Counted from the stretch's first letter, positions 30,682 through 41,541 are shown. The stretch: DNA of 49,645 nt from Methylophilaceae bacterium (GCA_031360365.1 JANMBK010000002.1:1-49645), one strand, 5' to 3'. Notes: generated by a model not told the origin, from the sequence alone. Numbers and translations are program-made.

Positions 30682-32409
30682 TTAAGCCAATTTAAAACCA
30701 GAAACCGAATCACGCAACTCTTCCGAAAGTTTGGCCAACTGTCCAATCGATTCCGTCGTTTGTATTGTACCTTCGGTTGTTTGCGATGTAATTTCCTGAA
30801 TTTGCTGCATGTTTTTAGTCACAGTAGCGGCTACTTCGGTTTGCGCCTCGGTTGCACTAGAAATCGATTGAATGAGTCGCGCCAGGCTATTCGAAACGGT
30901 TTCAATCTCGGTCAGCGCTTTACCCGCCGCGTCAGATAATCGCGCGCCTTCAACCACACCCTCGGTTGATTTCTCCATCGCGGCTACTGCTGAGTTAGTA
31001 TCGGTCTGAATCGTTTTTACAATCGCGCCAATCTGTTTGGTCGCCTCAGATGACCGCTCCGCAAGTCGCTGCACCTCCTCCGCAACCACGGTAAACCCAC
31101 GCCCCGCTTCGCCTGCAGAAGCCGCCTGAATCGCCGCGTTCAACGCTAGAATATTGGTTTGCTCGGTAATGTCAGAAATCAGCTCCACAATCTCACCAAT
31201 TTCTTGTGAGCTTTCGCCCAAACGTTTAATTCGTTTTGAGGTTTCTTGAATCTGTTCGCGAATACCGTTCATACCTGCAATCGTATTTTGCACGGCAAGT
31301 GATCCTTGTGTAGCCGCTTGCAGGGAGCGCTGCGCAACCTGAGAGGCCTGACTGGCATTGCTGGATACTTGCAAGATAGAGCGCGTCATATTACCTACCG
31401 CCTCAGTTGTTTCTGTAATTTGTGCCGATTGTTTTTCTGCGGCTGATAACAAGCCCACTGAGGTAGCTTGCGCTTGGCCGGTGGCAGTGTTCACTTGCTC
31501 AGATGCGCGGTTAATACCGGTTACCAAGTCTCGCAAGCTATCAATGGTATAGTTAATCGAGTCGGCAATCGCACCTGTAATATTCTCGCGCACTTCTGCA
31601 CGCACCGTTAAGTCGCCATCGGCCAAGTCGCCCATCTCGTCCAGCAAATTTAAAACCGCCATTTGGTTGGCTTGCCCGTCATTTTCTAACATCAACACCG
31701 CGCTATCAATGGTTTTGGCTTGGCGAGAACCGAAAATCCAAATTAAACTGACGATGAGCAAGCCTAGCAAAGCCAGTAAAGTTAAAATAGTGGTGAGTAG
31801 TTTATTACTAGCACTCTGTGTTTCCGCAGTTTGCTTCTCTAACTCTGTCGTCAACGAACGCACGGTTTGCTTATTCACCTCAAACGCTGCAGCCAAATCG
31901 CCCAAAGGTTTGGCTGCAGAAATAGCACCGAGTTGAATGGCTGAAAAGAAATCTTTGTTGTAAATGCGATAAAACTCTTCATTCGACTTTAGTACTGCCT
32001 GAAATTGGCTACTCATGGTATTGGTTTGTGTATTTGTTTTCCAAAACTCCGCCTGTTTTCTATAAGCGGTTTCAGCCACTTTCACTTCAGCCAATTTTCT
32101 ATCGCGCAAAGTGGTATCGTTGACTGAAATTGCCACAAACGCCTCATTGATTGCCGCAAATGCATCTACCGCATACAAGGGTGGCGGCAAAATATCAGAT
32201 TTTAAATCTTCACTGGCTTTTAGCTGATTATAGACTGGGCCATTAACCCTTACCTGACTGATGGCGTAGAAAGCCAAGGCAATAAAAACAAGTAACCCAA
32301 TGACCGGAATAATCACCTGGCGGCGACTACTACTGCCGCCTGTAGCAGAGGCTTTGCCAGTAAACGCTTGTTTAATTTTAGCCGTTAACTCTTTTATATT
32401 AAATGCCAT
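30682..32409 (-). CDS. pilJ: Methyl-accepting chemotaxis protein, PilJ ortholog
   Basis: Two TM helices, the PilJ-type [22 protein letters not shown] segment, and the signalling hairpin [23 protein letters not shown]. Confidence 0.9.
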   Translation of the reverse strand: MAFNIKELTAKIKQAFTGKASATGGSSSRRQVIIPVIGLLVFIALAFYAISQVRVNGPVYNQLKASEDLKSDILPPPLYAVDAFAAINEAFVAISVNDTTLRDRKLAEVKVAETAYRKQAEFWKTNTQTNTMSSQFQAVLKSNEEFYRIYNKDFFSAIQLGAISAAKPLGDLAAAFEVNKQTVRSLTTELEKQTAETQSASNKLLTTILTLLALLGLLIVSLIWIFGSRQAKTIDSAVLMLENDGQANQMAVLNLLDEMGDLADGDLTVRAEVRENITGAIADSINYTIDSLRDLVTGINRASEQVNTATGQAQATSVGLLSAAEKQSAQITETTEAVGNMTRSILQVSSNASQASQVAQRSLQAATQGSLAVQNTIAGMNGIREQIQETSKRIKRLGESSQEIGEIVELISDITEQTNILALNAAIQAASAGEAGRGFTVVAEEVQRLAERSSEATKQIGAIVKTIQTDTNSAVAAMEKSTEGVVEGARLSDAAGKALTEIETVSNSLARLIQSISSATEAQTEVAATVTKNMQQIQEITSQTTEGTIQTTESIGQLAKLSEELRDSVSGFKLA

Positions 32410-32517
32410 GTTGATTCCCTTTTAAGATCTAATTAATACTATTGGTACTTATTGCTTAGTTTTAACTACTTTTATGTATATTTAAACATCAATTTTATTG
32501 ATTAAAAAATCTAAAAA

Positions 32518-33042
32518 TTAAACCACGTAAGGTGTCGCAAAGTCTCTAGAGCGCACCAATTTATCGCAATCTAGTATATGCCAAATACGGTTTTCGTCAT
32601 CTTGGTAAGTTTGTGCTTTTAGGCAGGGGCTTTCTTCAACTACCACCTCATGCAACTTCATCTCGTTTATATTACGCAATCCAATCATTTTTTCTACCAC
32701 AAAGGCGACATTCGTTGATACTGCCTCGCTAATAAGCAACAAGCGCGTACTGGATGAAATGCTAGTGAGCTTAGTTTCTAACAATTGTGCTAAATCATTG
32801 ATGGCGTACAACACGCCTCGCACATTCGCCACCCCCAAAAACCAAGGCTTAACAATTGGCACAGGGTAGATATCTGCGACTGGTAGAGTTTCGCTAATTT
32901 CTCGCAAACTCACCAACACGTTTTTACTGCCAATCACCACACCCAAATAGCCCGCTGATGATTCAGCGCCTGCTTTTTTGGCATTTTCTAACCTAGCTAA
33001 AATGCTGGTTTGATACTCGCGTAATTGTGATTGTTTAGACAT
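32518..33042 (-). CDS. pilI: CheW-like coupling protein PilI
   Basis: VPIVKPWFLGVANVRG motif and position in the cluster. Confidence 0.88.
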   Translation of the reverse strand: MSKQSQLREYQTSILARLENAKKAGAESSAGYLGVVIGSKNVLVSLREISETLPVADIYPVPIVKPWFLGVANVRGVLYAINDLAQLLETKLTSISSSTRLLLISEAVSTNVAFVVEKMIGLRNINEMKLHEVVVEESPCLKAQTYQDDENRIWHILDCDKLVRSRDFATPYVV

Positions 33043-33097
33043 GCTTTAAATTTATTTCAACCTAATTTAGCTTGTATAATTTAGTTAACATGATTGG

Positions 33098-33463
33098 TTA
33101 TCCTAGTTTTGCAATTAATGCTTTAATTGCGTCTTTAGAGGCGGGCTTTAAAATGCAGCCTTTGGCGCCCATTTTTTCTGCCCAAGCGTGATCGGTTATT
33201 TGCAATTTACCAGAACACAAAAACACCGGGATTTTTGTAGTGGCGGGGTCTTTAGTCAGAGTGCGTGTCGCTTGGAAGCCTGTCAAGCCCGTCATAATAA
33301 TGTCCATAATAATTAAATCTGGCGCAATCTCTGCTGCACGCTCAATACAAGCCTCGCCGCTTTCTAGCCCAATCACTTGGTAACCTTCAGATTCTAACAA
33401 ATCAGTTAAATAAAATCTGTCGGTGGCAGAATCATCTACGATTAAAATTTTATTTATTGCCAT
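33098..33463 (-). CDS. pilH: Response regulator PilH
   Basis: VDDS, MDIIM and GFQATRTL motifs; position in the cluster. Confidence 0.88.
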   Translation of the reverse strand: MAINKILIVDDSATDRFYLTDLLESEGYQVIGLESGEACIERAAEIAPDLIIMDIIMTGLTGFQATRTLTKDPATTKIPVFLCSGKLQITDHAWAEKMGAKGCILKPASKDAIKALIAKLG

Positions 33464-33495
33464 TTATTAACTCCCTAAATAAAGTCTTTTTTATA

Positions 33496-33882
33496 CTAGC
33501 TGTGCACGTAAGCATTTACCGCTTCTATCAAAGTCTCTTGTGTGAATGGTTTGGTTAAGTATTGATCTGAGCCCGCCATGCGGCCACGTGCGCGGTCAAA
33601 TAAGCCGTCTTTACTTGAAAGCATAATGACAGGGGTTGAACTGAATTTTGCGTTACGCTTAATAAGGGCACATGTTTGGTAACCATCAAGACGTGGCATC
33701 ATAATATCTACAAATATCACTTGAGGTAGTTGATCGGCAATTTTAGCCAGAGCATCAAAGCCATCTTCCGCCAGAATAACCTCGCAGCCAGCAGACTTTA
33801 AAAATATCTCGGCGCTACGACGAATGGTGTTGCTATCGTCTATCACCATTACTTTTGTACCTGCTAAGTTTACTTGCGCCAC
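33496..33882 (-). CDS. pilG: Response regulator PilG
   Basis: IDDSNTIRRSAE, DGYQTCALIK and SSKDGLFDRARGR; GTG start. Confidence 0.93.
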   Translation of the reverse strand: MAQVNLAGTKVMVIDDSNTIRRSAEIFLKSAGCEVILAEDGFDALAKIADQLPQVIFVDIMMPRLDGYQTCALIKRNAKFSSTPVIMLSSKDGLFDRARGRMAGSDQYLTKPFTQETLIEAVNAYVHS

Positions 33883-34126
33883 GTTTTTATTCCTCTGTCA
33901 TATCTATTTGATATGCTACGGTTAATTACAATTAAACTAGTAAAACTGTGGTTTATTATGATTATTGTTTAAGTCTACACGATTAAATATTACATTTTTT
34001 AAAATAAATTGCAACACTTACGTGATATTTGTAATAATATACATTAACAATAATAATTAAAGGTTGTAATACAAGCACAATTAAGTATTAATTACTCAAT
34101 ACACAATTTAGTAAGGGCCTAGTGAA

Positions 34127-35290
34127 ATGATTATTCGACAAGAGTCTGTAGATTCAAAATTAGCGCTGAAAGATTTACCCAGCACATCGCCACTACCAAG
34201 CGCTAATTTAGTACTAGCCTTTGGCTCGGTAAAAAGATTTAATGAAGGCAAATTACAGGGCTTTTTAAAATTGCGTTACCCTGCTGCACAATTGGTTGGC
34301 TGCACCACTTCTGGTGAAATTAGCGTTAGTGGTGTAGATGACGACAGCATACAAATCACCGCCATACAGTGGGAAAAAACCATACAGCGTGTGGCCCAAA
34401 CCAAAATGTCAGCTATCCTAAACTCCTTTGAGACAGGTGCTGGCCTTGCTAAACAGCTTAAAGCAGACAGTTTACGCACAGTGATGATATTGGGTGATGG
34501 CCTGAATGTGAATGGTGAGGAGTTAGTACTAGGTTTCCAAAGTGTACTGGGCGACACCATCCCTTTGTTTGGTGGCATGGCTGGTGACGGTGCCACTTTC
34601 ACGAAAACATTACAATTATTTAACGATACGATTTCAGATAATATGGTCATTGCTGTTGGCTTGTATGGCAATAATCTGGTTGCCTCAACTGGCGCATTGG
34701 GAGGCTGGAAACCGTACGGACCACCTCGTACTGTCACCCGTTCTGAGAAGAACGTGGTGTTTGAATTAGATGGTAAACCTGCATTGCCCCTTTATCGCAT
34801 GTATATCGGAGATCATTTTTCTAAGGGGCTTCCAGGCACTGGCCTTAAATTCCCTTTTGCGGTCATGGAGGCTGGTAGTCGCGATGTGGGGAAAATTCGT
34901 ACATTAGGTGGTTTTGACCCTAGCGCAAACAGTGTCACTTTCTTTGGCAACGTGCCTGAAGGATCGACTATCCGCATGTGCCAAACCAATCATGACAGAT
35001 TAGTGGAAGGCGCTGGTAATGCCGCAAACTTAGTCATGGATGGCTTAAGTGCTAGCAAAACGAACCAAGTGGGTTTGGCCTTATGTGTCAGCTGTGTCGG
35101 TCGCAAAGGTGTCATGGCCGAATTAACTGCAGATGAAGTTAAGCAAGTGAAGCAGATTCTCGGTCCACAGACCTCTGTCACTGGCTTTTATTCCTATGGT
35201 GAAATTGCGCCACGCCCCAACACCACCGATGCTGTGTTTCACAACCAAACCATGACCATTGGCTATTTAAGCGAGAATTTACTGGCCTAG
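34127..35290 (+). CDS. FIST-domain protein (FIST_N + FIST_C; NosP-like)
   Basis: GCTTSGEI, GGMAGD, ELDGKPA, SCVGR, GFYSYGEI and HNQT motifs. Confidence 0.9.
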   Translation: MIIRQESVDSKLALKDLPSTSPLPSANLVLAFGSVKRFNEGKLQGFLKLRYPAAQLVGCTTSGEISVSGVDDDSIQITAIQWEKTIQRVAQTKMSAILNSFETGAGLAKQLKADSLRTVMILGDGLNVNGEELVLGFQSVLGDTIPLFGGMAGDGATFTKTLQLFNDTISDNMVIAVGLYGNNLVASTGALGGWKPYGPPRTVTRSEKNVVFELDGKPALPLYRMYIGDHFSKGLPGTGLKFPFAVMEAGSRDVGKIRTLGGFDPSANSVTFFGNVPEGSTIRMCQTNHDRLVEGAGNAANLVMDGLSASKTNQVGLALCVSCVGRKGVMAELTADEVKQVKQILGPQTSVTGFYSYGEIAPRPNTTDAVFHNQTMTIGYLSENLLA

Positions 35291-35359
35291 TTATATGGCC
35301 TAGTTGTTTAGCCACAGCTGCATATAAATTTGTTGTTTCAGATTTATTATTTAAAACAT

Positions 35360-35388
35360 AAAGCACCTGTTCCCTACAGGTGCTTTTT
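35360..35388 (+). terminator. Rho-independent terminator
   Basis: AAAGCACCTGT-tccct-ACAGGTGCTTTTT. Confidence 0.88.
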
Positions 35389-35447
35389 GTTTTATGATAA
35401 CAGTCTCAATATTAAGACTCTGATGCAAAATAGAAAAGGAAATAATC

Positions 35448-35948
35448 ATGTCTAATTCAGTCACACTTAAAGGTAACCCAGTTGATGTAGCAGGTAATTT
35501 ACCGAAGGTAGGCAGCACTGCCCCCAATTTTACTTTAGTCGATAAAGCACTAGCTGATGTTACGCTGGATAATTATGCAGGCAAACGCAAAGTGCTCAAT
35601 ATATTCCCCAGCGTGGATACACCGACTTGCGCAATGTCCGTGCGTGCATTTAACAAACATGCTTCTGGCCTAAACAATACAGTCGTACTCAACGTTTCTG
35701 CCGATTTACCATTTGCACAAACGCGTTTTTGCGCCTCAGAAGGCTTAGAAAATGTAGTGAATTTATCCAGCATGCGTGGTCGCGACTTTTTAATGAATTA
35801 TGGCGTATTGTTGTTCACCAGCAAATTAGCTGGCTTATGCGCGCGCGCGGTGATTGTTTTGGACGAGAATAATGTAGTGAAGCACGTTGAGCTAGTGCCA
35901 GAAATTGCCAACGAACCAAACTACGATGCTGCAATAGCGGTTCTGTAA
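35448..35948 (+). CDS. tpx: Thiol peroxidase
   Basis: [21 protein letters not shown] and EPNYDAA. Confidence 0.96.
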   Translation: MSNSVTLKGNPVDVAGNLPKVGSTAPNFTLVDKALADVTLDNYAGKRKVLNIFPSVDTPTCAMSVRAFNKHASGLNNTVVLNVSADLPFAQTRFCASEGLENVVNLSSMRGRDFLMNYGVLLFTSKLAGLCARAVIVLDENNVVKHVELVPEIANEPNYDAAIAVL

Positions 35949-35986
35949 TTTATCTTTAAACCGCTACTTTAAAACACAACATTATA

Positions 35987-36031
35987 GCAATGCCCTGCAA
36001 GCCTCATAGATACTGTCTTACAGGGCATTGC
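35987..36031. repeat. 39-bp REP-like palindrome, intergenic (tpx/MazG-like convergent)
   Basis: gcaATGCCCTGCAAGCC-TCATAGATACT-GTCTTACAGGGCATtgc. Confidence 0.88.
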
Positions 36032-36051
36032 TTTTAGATCGCGTTTATTTG

Positions 36052-36420
36052 TTATTCATACTGAGTATTCATATATTTTGTGTACTTGGCATTGCTGCCT
36101 TTGGCTTTTTCTACTGGATATTTGAGTGCGTTCAATGCAATTTTCTTATTTGCCGCCTCTATCAAATCAATCTCTAATACTTCGGCCAGCCGCAACAAAT
36201 ACACAAATGTGTCTGCCAGCTCATGCGCCACTGCCTCACGTTTTTCTTGCGATAACTGTTGGCTCTCTGTTGGTGTATCCCATTGAAACTGCTCAACTAA
36301 TTCTGCCGCCTCCACAATCATCGCCATTGCGAGATTCTTGGGCGTGTGAAATTGCGCCCAATCGCGCTCAACCACGAATTGATTCACACGTGTCTTTAAA
36401 TCCTGCAAAGAATCAGCCAT
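36052..36420 (-). CDS. MazG-like nucleotide pyrophosphohydrolase (dCTP pyrophosphatase type)
   Basis: RDWAQFHTPKNL, EAAELVE, ELAD and KYP motifs. Confidence 0.9.
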   Translation of the reverse strand: MADSLQDLKTRVNQFVVERDWAQFHTPKNLAMAMIVEAAELVEQFQWDTPTESQQLSQEKREAVAHELADTFVYLLRLAEVLEIDLIEAANKKIALNALKYPVEKAKGSNAKYTKYMNTQYE

Positions 36421-36494
36421 TTCATGTCTCCTGATGATTGAGCAATTTTAGTTTCGACATACCCCTAGAGGTTAGTCTCCACTGAAACTTCGGA

Positions 36495-37643
36495 CTAAAG
36501 TACTTGTTTTCTGTTGCTGCCGGCAACCATTTTAATCTCAAACAATCGGCACTCGAGTGGCCCGTTAAATAGCGGCGTGCGCTTACTAGGCGTCAGCCGC
36601 ATCAACTTGGGCAGGCGCATATCGTTGGTCAAAAAATAGGTGTTCCAGCCCGCAAATTTACGTTTTAAAGCCTCACCCATTTTTGGGTAAAGTAGTGCCA
36701 GTTCTTCGTCTTCGCCTATGCGCACGCCATATGGTGGGTTAGCCACCAGCACACCATTATCAGCTGGCGGAATCACTGCGGTGATATCCACTTGCGTTAA
36801 TTGCACTACAGCTAACAAGCCAGCTGCTTCTAGGTTTTGCTTGGCAATGCGCACAGCGCGTAAATCTGAGTCTGAACCATAAATTTTTTGAAAACTCACC
36901 TGCTTCACATTTTTAAGCGCCGCATTTTTTACTTTTTTCCAGGTATCACTTTCGTAATTTTTGAGTTTTTCAAAGCCAAAGTTGCGATTCAAGCCAGGTG
37001 CAATGTTCAGCGCCATCATGGCTGCCTCTAATAAAAACGTGCCACTGCCGCACATCGGGTCTAGCAATGGTTGCCCAACTTGCCAACCTGATAATTGCAA
37101 AATTCCTGCCGCTAAATTCTCGCGCAAAGGCGCTTCTATACTGGCTTTTCGGTTGCCGCGCATATACAGCGCATCACCAGAAGTATCAATATAATAGACA
37201 TAAGCATCGGCGGTTAAATAAGCATGAATACGCACTGCGGGCATTTTGGTGTCAATATAAGGTCGCGAGTCGACCACTTGCCTGAATTTGTCGCACACTG
37301 CATCTTTAATACGCAGCGTGGCAAATTCCAAGCTTTTAAGTGGACATTTTACGCCAGTCACTTTCACCATAAAATCGTGTTTTACGTCAAACCAATTGGG
37401 CCAGTCTATTTTATACGCTGCTTGATATAAATCGTCCTCAGTTGCGTATCTGCCCTGCCCAACCTGCATTAGAATGCGCGTTGCCATGCGTGAGTGTAAG
37501 TTGGCTGCGTAACACAGGCTCAGATCACCTGCAAAACTCACCCCGCCATCGGTGGGCTTAAATTCCTTAGCGCCAGCAACCTTAATTTCATTGGCTAGCA
37601 GCGCCTCTAGGCCGCGCGGGCAGGTGGCAAAGTATTGATTCAT
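36495..37643 (-). CDS. rlmL: THUMP-domain 23S rRNA m2G2445 methyltransferase
   Basis: FATCPRGLE, APLRENLAA, DPMCGSGT and NPPYG. Confidence 0.88.
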   Translation of the reverse strand: MNQYFATCPRGLEALLANEIKVAGAKEFKPTDGGVSFAGDLSLCYAANLHSRMATRILMQVGQGRYATEDDLYQAAYKIDWPNWFDVKHDFMVKVTGVKCPLKSLEFATLRIKDAVCDKFRQVVDSRPYIDTKMPAVRIHAYLTADAYVYYIDTSGDALYMRGNRKASIEAPLRENLAAGILQLSGWQVGQPLLDPMCGSGTFLLEAAMMALNIAPGLNRNFGFEKLKNYESDTWKKVKNAALKNVKQVSFQKIYGSDSDLRAVRIAKQNLEAAGLLAVVQLTQVDITAVIPPADNGVLVANPPYGVRIGEDEELALLYPKMGEALKRKFAGWNTYFLTNDMRLPKLMRLTPSKRTPLFNGPLECRLFEIKMVAGSNRKQVL

Positions 37644-38467
37644 GTATTGTTCCTAAAAAACTGTGTGGTGTTGTTTGGATTGTGCTCACACAGTTTATCG
37701 ACAAAATTTAAAAACTCTATCGCGTGTGGTTTTTCAAATTGTGCTTCTAATGTTTTTGCACGCTCGCGCAGTTGTGTCATAGCTTGCGCTGGTGCTGTTT
37801 TAAAGTCAGCTTTAAAACCAAATACAACAATATTGCCAGGTTTACCTGTTGGTAGTATCAATACGTTACTTTTTCTATTGGCATCAAAACTTTGCTCAAT
37901 GCGGCGTAAATAAATATCAAAGTTTTTGTCACTACCCCACAAGTTAATCACAAAAATACCGTTACTTTTTAATGTTGCTTCGCAGCTATCAAAAAAATCT
38001 TGGCTACAAAAATCGGGTGGGATGCCTAATGCATCAAATGCATCTATCATCAGCACATCGGCGCTATATGGGTTTTCGCTCAAGTGTAACAACCCGTCAC
38101 CTTCAATAATATTTAGCCGTTCATCGTTATCTGGCACAAAAAAATGACTGCGCGCAGTGGTAATAATTTGCGGATTAATTTCCACCACCGTTTGCGTGGT
38201 TTCTGGGCAAAATGCATGCATAAATTTTGGCACAGAACCACCACCCAAGCCGATACTCAGCACATGCTTAGCAGTTTTTGTAAACAGCAAAAATGCCATC
38301 ATGCCGCGCGAATAGGCCAACTCTAACGCAAATGGTGTTTTGATACGCATGCTGCTTTGTATGGTCACCGAGCCTAAATACAGCGAGCGTACACCATCCA
38401 CTTCAATCACCTCGACCGTGGCAAACTCAGACACACTTTTATGAATTTTACGGTTAAACCTAAACAT
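37640..38467 (-). CDS. Spermidine-synthase-like SAM-dependent transferase
   Basis: IQSSM, IGLGGGS, VEINP, DAFD and INLW motifs; likely ATG start at 38467. Confidence 0.8.
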   Translation of the reverse strand: MFRFNRKIHKSVSEFATVEVIEVDGVRSLYLGSVTIQSSMRIKTPFALELAYSRGMMAFLLFTKTAKHVLSIGLGGGSVPKFMHAFCPETTQTVVEINPQIITTARSHFFVPDNDERLNIIEGDGLLHLSENPYSADVLMIDAFDALGIPPDFCSQDFFDSCEATLKSNGIFVINLWGSDKNFDIYLRRIEQSFDANRKSNVLILPTGKPGNIVVFGFKADFKTAPAQAMTQLRERAKTLEAQFEKPHAIEFLNFVDKLCEHNPNNTTQFFRNNT

Positions 38468-38471
38468 TGCG

Positions 38472-40403
38472 CTAAATTTCAATACTTTCTTCGATGACTT
38501 CTATCACAGCAGTTTCACTTATTTCTGACGATATAGCCGCTTTAAACTTGCAATTCAGCTCCATCAACAAGCTATCTATGTGTTTGATTTCTAATAACAC
38601 TTTTGTGCCGACTTTCAGCTCTGGCAGGCTAGGCACTTTAGTAATATAAAACATGCCGTCAATACGCACTAAGTTATCACGCCAAATCGTGGCAGTTACT
38701 TCCGTGAGTTTTTCTTGAGTTAAGTATTGTAGACACCAGTAGCGTTCCATACGGGTTTGAAATTCACTATAGGCATTGTAAGTTTGGTCAAAGTTGCGAA
38801 TAATGACATTCAACTTGCCATCTGCTGCGCTATAAGGCGCAGGTTCAGCATTTAACATGGCAATCAATTGACGCTGATTCACCAAATCGACCGCGCGGCG
38901 TAATGGTGATGTACACCACGCATATTGCGTCACGCCCAAGGCCTGATGAGGCTCTGCAGCATGTGTCATAAATACTTTGCCACCGGTTTGTGCACGATAA
39001 ATGCCTGCAAAATTGGCTTCTTTCAGCTGGCCGCCCCAATGACTGTTAGCGTAAATCATCAACTCAGCCACCAGTTTATCCATCGGGCTACCACGCTCAC
39101 GCGCGACTATTTTAACGATGCCATCAGTCACATAAAAATTATAATCAATTTGCGGTGTTTGATTTGGATTATGCTTACCTCGGGCTTTTTCTAAACTTTC
39201 GGCAAACTCAAATAAAGCCTTTAATTGAGGCCAATAAGCATGTCCACTATCGCTTTCTAAAGTATTCACGTTAAAAAATGGCTCTAATTCGTCATGGCGT
39301 AAATTTGCCGCTATTTTAATTTTTTCAAGCTTAGTTTCTGTTGCCACAATGTCAAAGTTAGGCTTAATTTCAACATACAGACTCAATGTGGACTTGGTTT
39401 CGCCAGCATCTAAACTAAATGGTTTCACCACATCATCTGGCAACATGGTGATTTTATTGCCCGGTATATAGACTGTAGAAAGCCGCGATAGCACAACCGC
39501 ATCTAGAGCGCTATCTGGCTGCACCGCCAACGCTGGCGCCGCAATGTGAATGCCAATACGCGTGTTACCGTTTGACAATTTTTGCAAGCTAAATGCATCG
39601 TCAATTTCTGTGGTTGTTGCGTCATCAATACTAAAGCATTCAACGCTGGCTAATGGAAAATCGTTTGAAATGCTTTCTGAGATATTCTGCCTATCAAATG
39701 GCGGAAATTCAGTTCCTCCCTGTCCATTCTTATCTGGAAACATCTCTCGTAAAAACGCTCCCAGATGATAATCGTGCGCACTTTTAATTAAGCCCGCTTC
39801 AAACATCACCGTCAGCGGTAATCGACCTGAAATTTGCGCCGCCTCGTCTACCGCTTTCCACTCTAACGAGTTTTTATCGGGATTATAAACAAGGCTGTCA
39901 GCCTTATTGATAAAGCCATCTGGCAAAGCCTTATTGTTGAGCTGCTGCACCCAAACTGCCATTTGCTCGGCTTGCAGTTTTTTGCGCTCCACCGCTGCCA
40001 GTGCTAGTTTTAACGTTTCTGCAGGAGCGGCTTTATAGCGGCCCTTGCCTTTGCGGTAAAAATAAATAGGGGCGCCGTGTAGTTTAATTACTGTGGCTGC
40101 CGCTTCAATTGCTGTTGGCTTAGATTTTAACTTAGGGTTGCCGTAATATTCTGTGGCTAAATTTTCAAAGCCAAACTCTGGTTCACCACAACATTCCCAC
40201 AGAAATTCTACGTCTAATTTCTCCGCCTCACTAACAGCCTCCTCCATAAAGCCTTGCAGGGTAGCATCAAAGCGTAGCAGCACATTGGCAAGCTTAATTT
40301 TGCTACGCTTGCCACTAGCAGATTCCACCTGCAGCGAGCCCATATTCTCACTCATCACCGCCGCCACTTTAAATTGACCTTCTTCTTCATAAAATATATT
40401 CAT
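38472..40403 (-). CDS. RNB-domain exoribonuclease (RNase II/R family, betaproteobacterial type)
   Basis: SIDDATTTEIDDAFS catalytic motif and TSPLRR; likely ATG start at 40403. Confidence 0.88.
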   Translation of the reverse strand: MNIFYEEEGQFKVAAVMSENMGSLQVESASGKRSKIKLANVLLRFDATLQGFMEEAVSEAEKLDVEFLWECCGEPEFGFENLATEYYGNPKLKSKPTAIEAAATVIKLHGAPIYFYRKGKGRYKAAPAETLKLALAAVERKKLQAEQMAVWVQQLNNKALPDGFINKADSLVYNPDKNSLEWKAVDEAAQISGRLPLTVMFEAGLIKSAHDYHLGAFLREMFPDKNGQGGTEFPPFDRQNISESISNDFPLASVECFSIDDATTTEIDDAFSLQKLSNGNTRIGIHIAAPALAVQPDSALDAVVLSRLSTVYIPGNKITMLPDDVVKPFSLDAGETKSTLSLYVEIKPNFDIVATETKLEKIKIAANLRHDELEPFFNVNTLESDSGHAYWPQLKALFEFAESLEKARGKHNPNQTPQIDYNFYVTDGIVKIVARERGSPMDKLVAELMIYANSHWGGQLKEANFAGIYRAQTGGKVFMTHAAEPHQALGVTQYAWCTSPLRRAVDLVNQRQLIAMLNAEPAPYSAADGKLNVIIRNFDQTYNAYSEFQTRMERYWCLQYLTQEKLTEVTATIWRDNLVRIDGMFYITKVPSLPELKVGTKVLLEIKHIDSLLMELNCKFKAAISSEISETAVIEVIEESIEI

Positions 40404-40451
40404 AGGCGCTATTTTACATGGCTTTAGCAAGCTCTCTGATAAAATACGACA

Positions 40452-41465
40452 ATGGACAATCGTATTCCCGTAACATTACTAACTGGCTTTTTAGGTTCTG
40501 GCAAAACTACACTGCTAAATCATTTGCTGGCACAGCCGCAAATGAAAGACAGCGCAGTTATTATCAATGAGCTTGGCACTACTGGCTTAGACCACATTTT
40601 GGCCACTCAAATAGATAGCGAGCAAATCGCCGATAATACGGTGTTGTTAAGTAGCGGTTGCGTATGTTGCACACTTAAAAATGAGCTGGCAGACACCATG
40701 CGCGATTTATTTTTTAAACGTGCGCTACAGGCAATTCCACAATTCAATCGCATTGTTATCGAAACTACAGGCATGGCCGACCCTGGCCCTATTTTAGGCA
40801 ATTTGCTTAACGAGCCAGTGATAGAAAGCGTATTTCGCTTAGATGCAGTAGTGGTGACGGTGGATAGCGAATATGGTTTGCAGCAATTGCAAGACCACAG
40901 CGAAGCTAGAAAACAAGCGGCGGTGGCAGATGTGTTAATACTGACCAAAACAGATTTAACAACGCCTGAACAATTATCTCAGTTAAAAGAAAAACTCATC
41001 GAGATTAACCCTGGCGCCACCCAACACAAAATTATGCACGGCAAAATTGATCCTGATTTTATTATTGATGTCGGTTTGTTTGACCCAACTGGTAAACGCG
41101 CTGAGCCGCAACGTTGGCTAAGAATGCCATTAAGTGCGCCAATAAAACCAAGCGCCATGCTAAAAAATCAGCATGACGAAATTCATAGTTTCACTGTCAC
41201 GCTGCCTTTGCCAATCAACTGGCGTGATTTAAAACCGGTGATTTTAAAATTGTGCCAAACGCATGGCGAGAAATTATTGCGGCTAAAAGGCATTATCCAT
41301 GCGGCTGATCAAGCCGCACCACTAGCGATTCATGCCGTACATTTTACGCCTTATCCGCCAACGCTGCTGGAAGGCTGGAGTGAGGCGGAACCTAGCAATC
41401 GCATCGTGATTATTGGCAAGAACTTGAATGAAGCAGCGATAAGGAAATTATTAACAGAAATTTAA
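40452..41465 (+). CDS. COG0523 / CobW-family GTPase metallochaperone
   Basis: [26 protein letters not shown] and LRLKG. Confidence 0.9.
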   Translation: MDNRIPVTLLTGFLGSGKTTLLNHLLAQPQMKDSAVIINELGTTGLDHILATQIDSEQIADNTVLLSSGCVCCTLKNELADTMRDLFFKRALQAIPQFNRIVIETTGMADPGPILGNLLNEPVIESVFRLDAVVVTVDSEYGLQQLQDHSEARKQAAVADVLILTKTDLTTPEQLSQLKEKLIEINPGATQHKIMHGKIDPDFIIDVGLFDPTGKRAEPQRWLRMPLSAPIKPSAMLKNQHDEIHSFTVTLPLPINWRDLKPVILKLCQTHGEKLLRLKGIIHAADQAAPLAIHAVHFTPYPPTLLEGWSEAEPSNRIVIIGKNLNEAAIRKLLTEI

Positions 41466-41478
41466 TACTTTAAATCAT

Positions 41479-41517
41479 GTGCTCTGTAAGCCAACATCCA
41501 TGCGGCCTACAGGGCAT
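41479..41517. repeat. 39-bp REP-like palindrome, intergenic (convergent genes)
   Basis: GTGCTCTGTAAGCC-AACATCCATGC-GGCCTACAGGGCAT. Confidence 0.88.
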
Positions 41518-41541
41518 GCTTTAAACATCGTAAGTTACCTT

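Noticed and set aside
35402-35419. Near-palindrome AGTCTCAATATTAAGACT upstream of tpx
   Set aside because: Single occurrence with no regulator I can assign; too little support.
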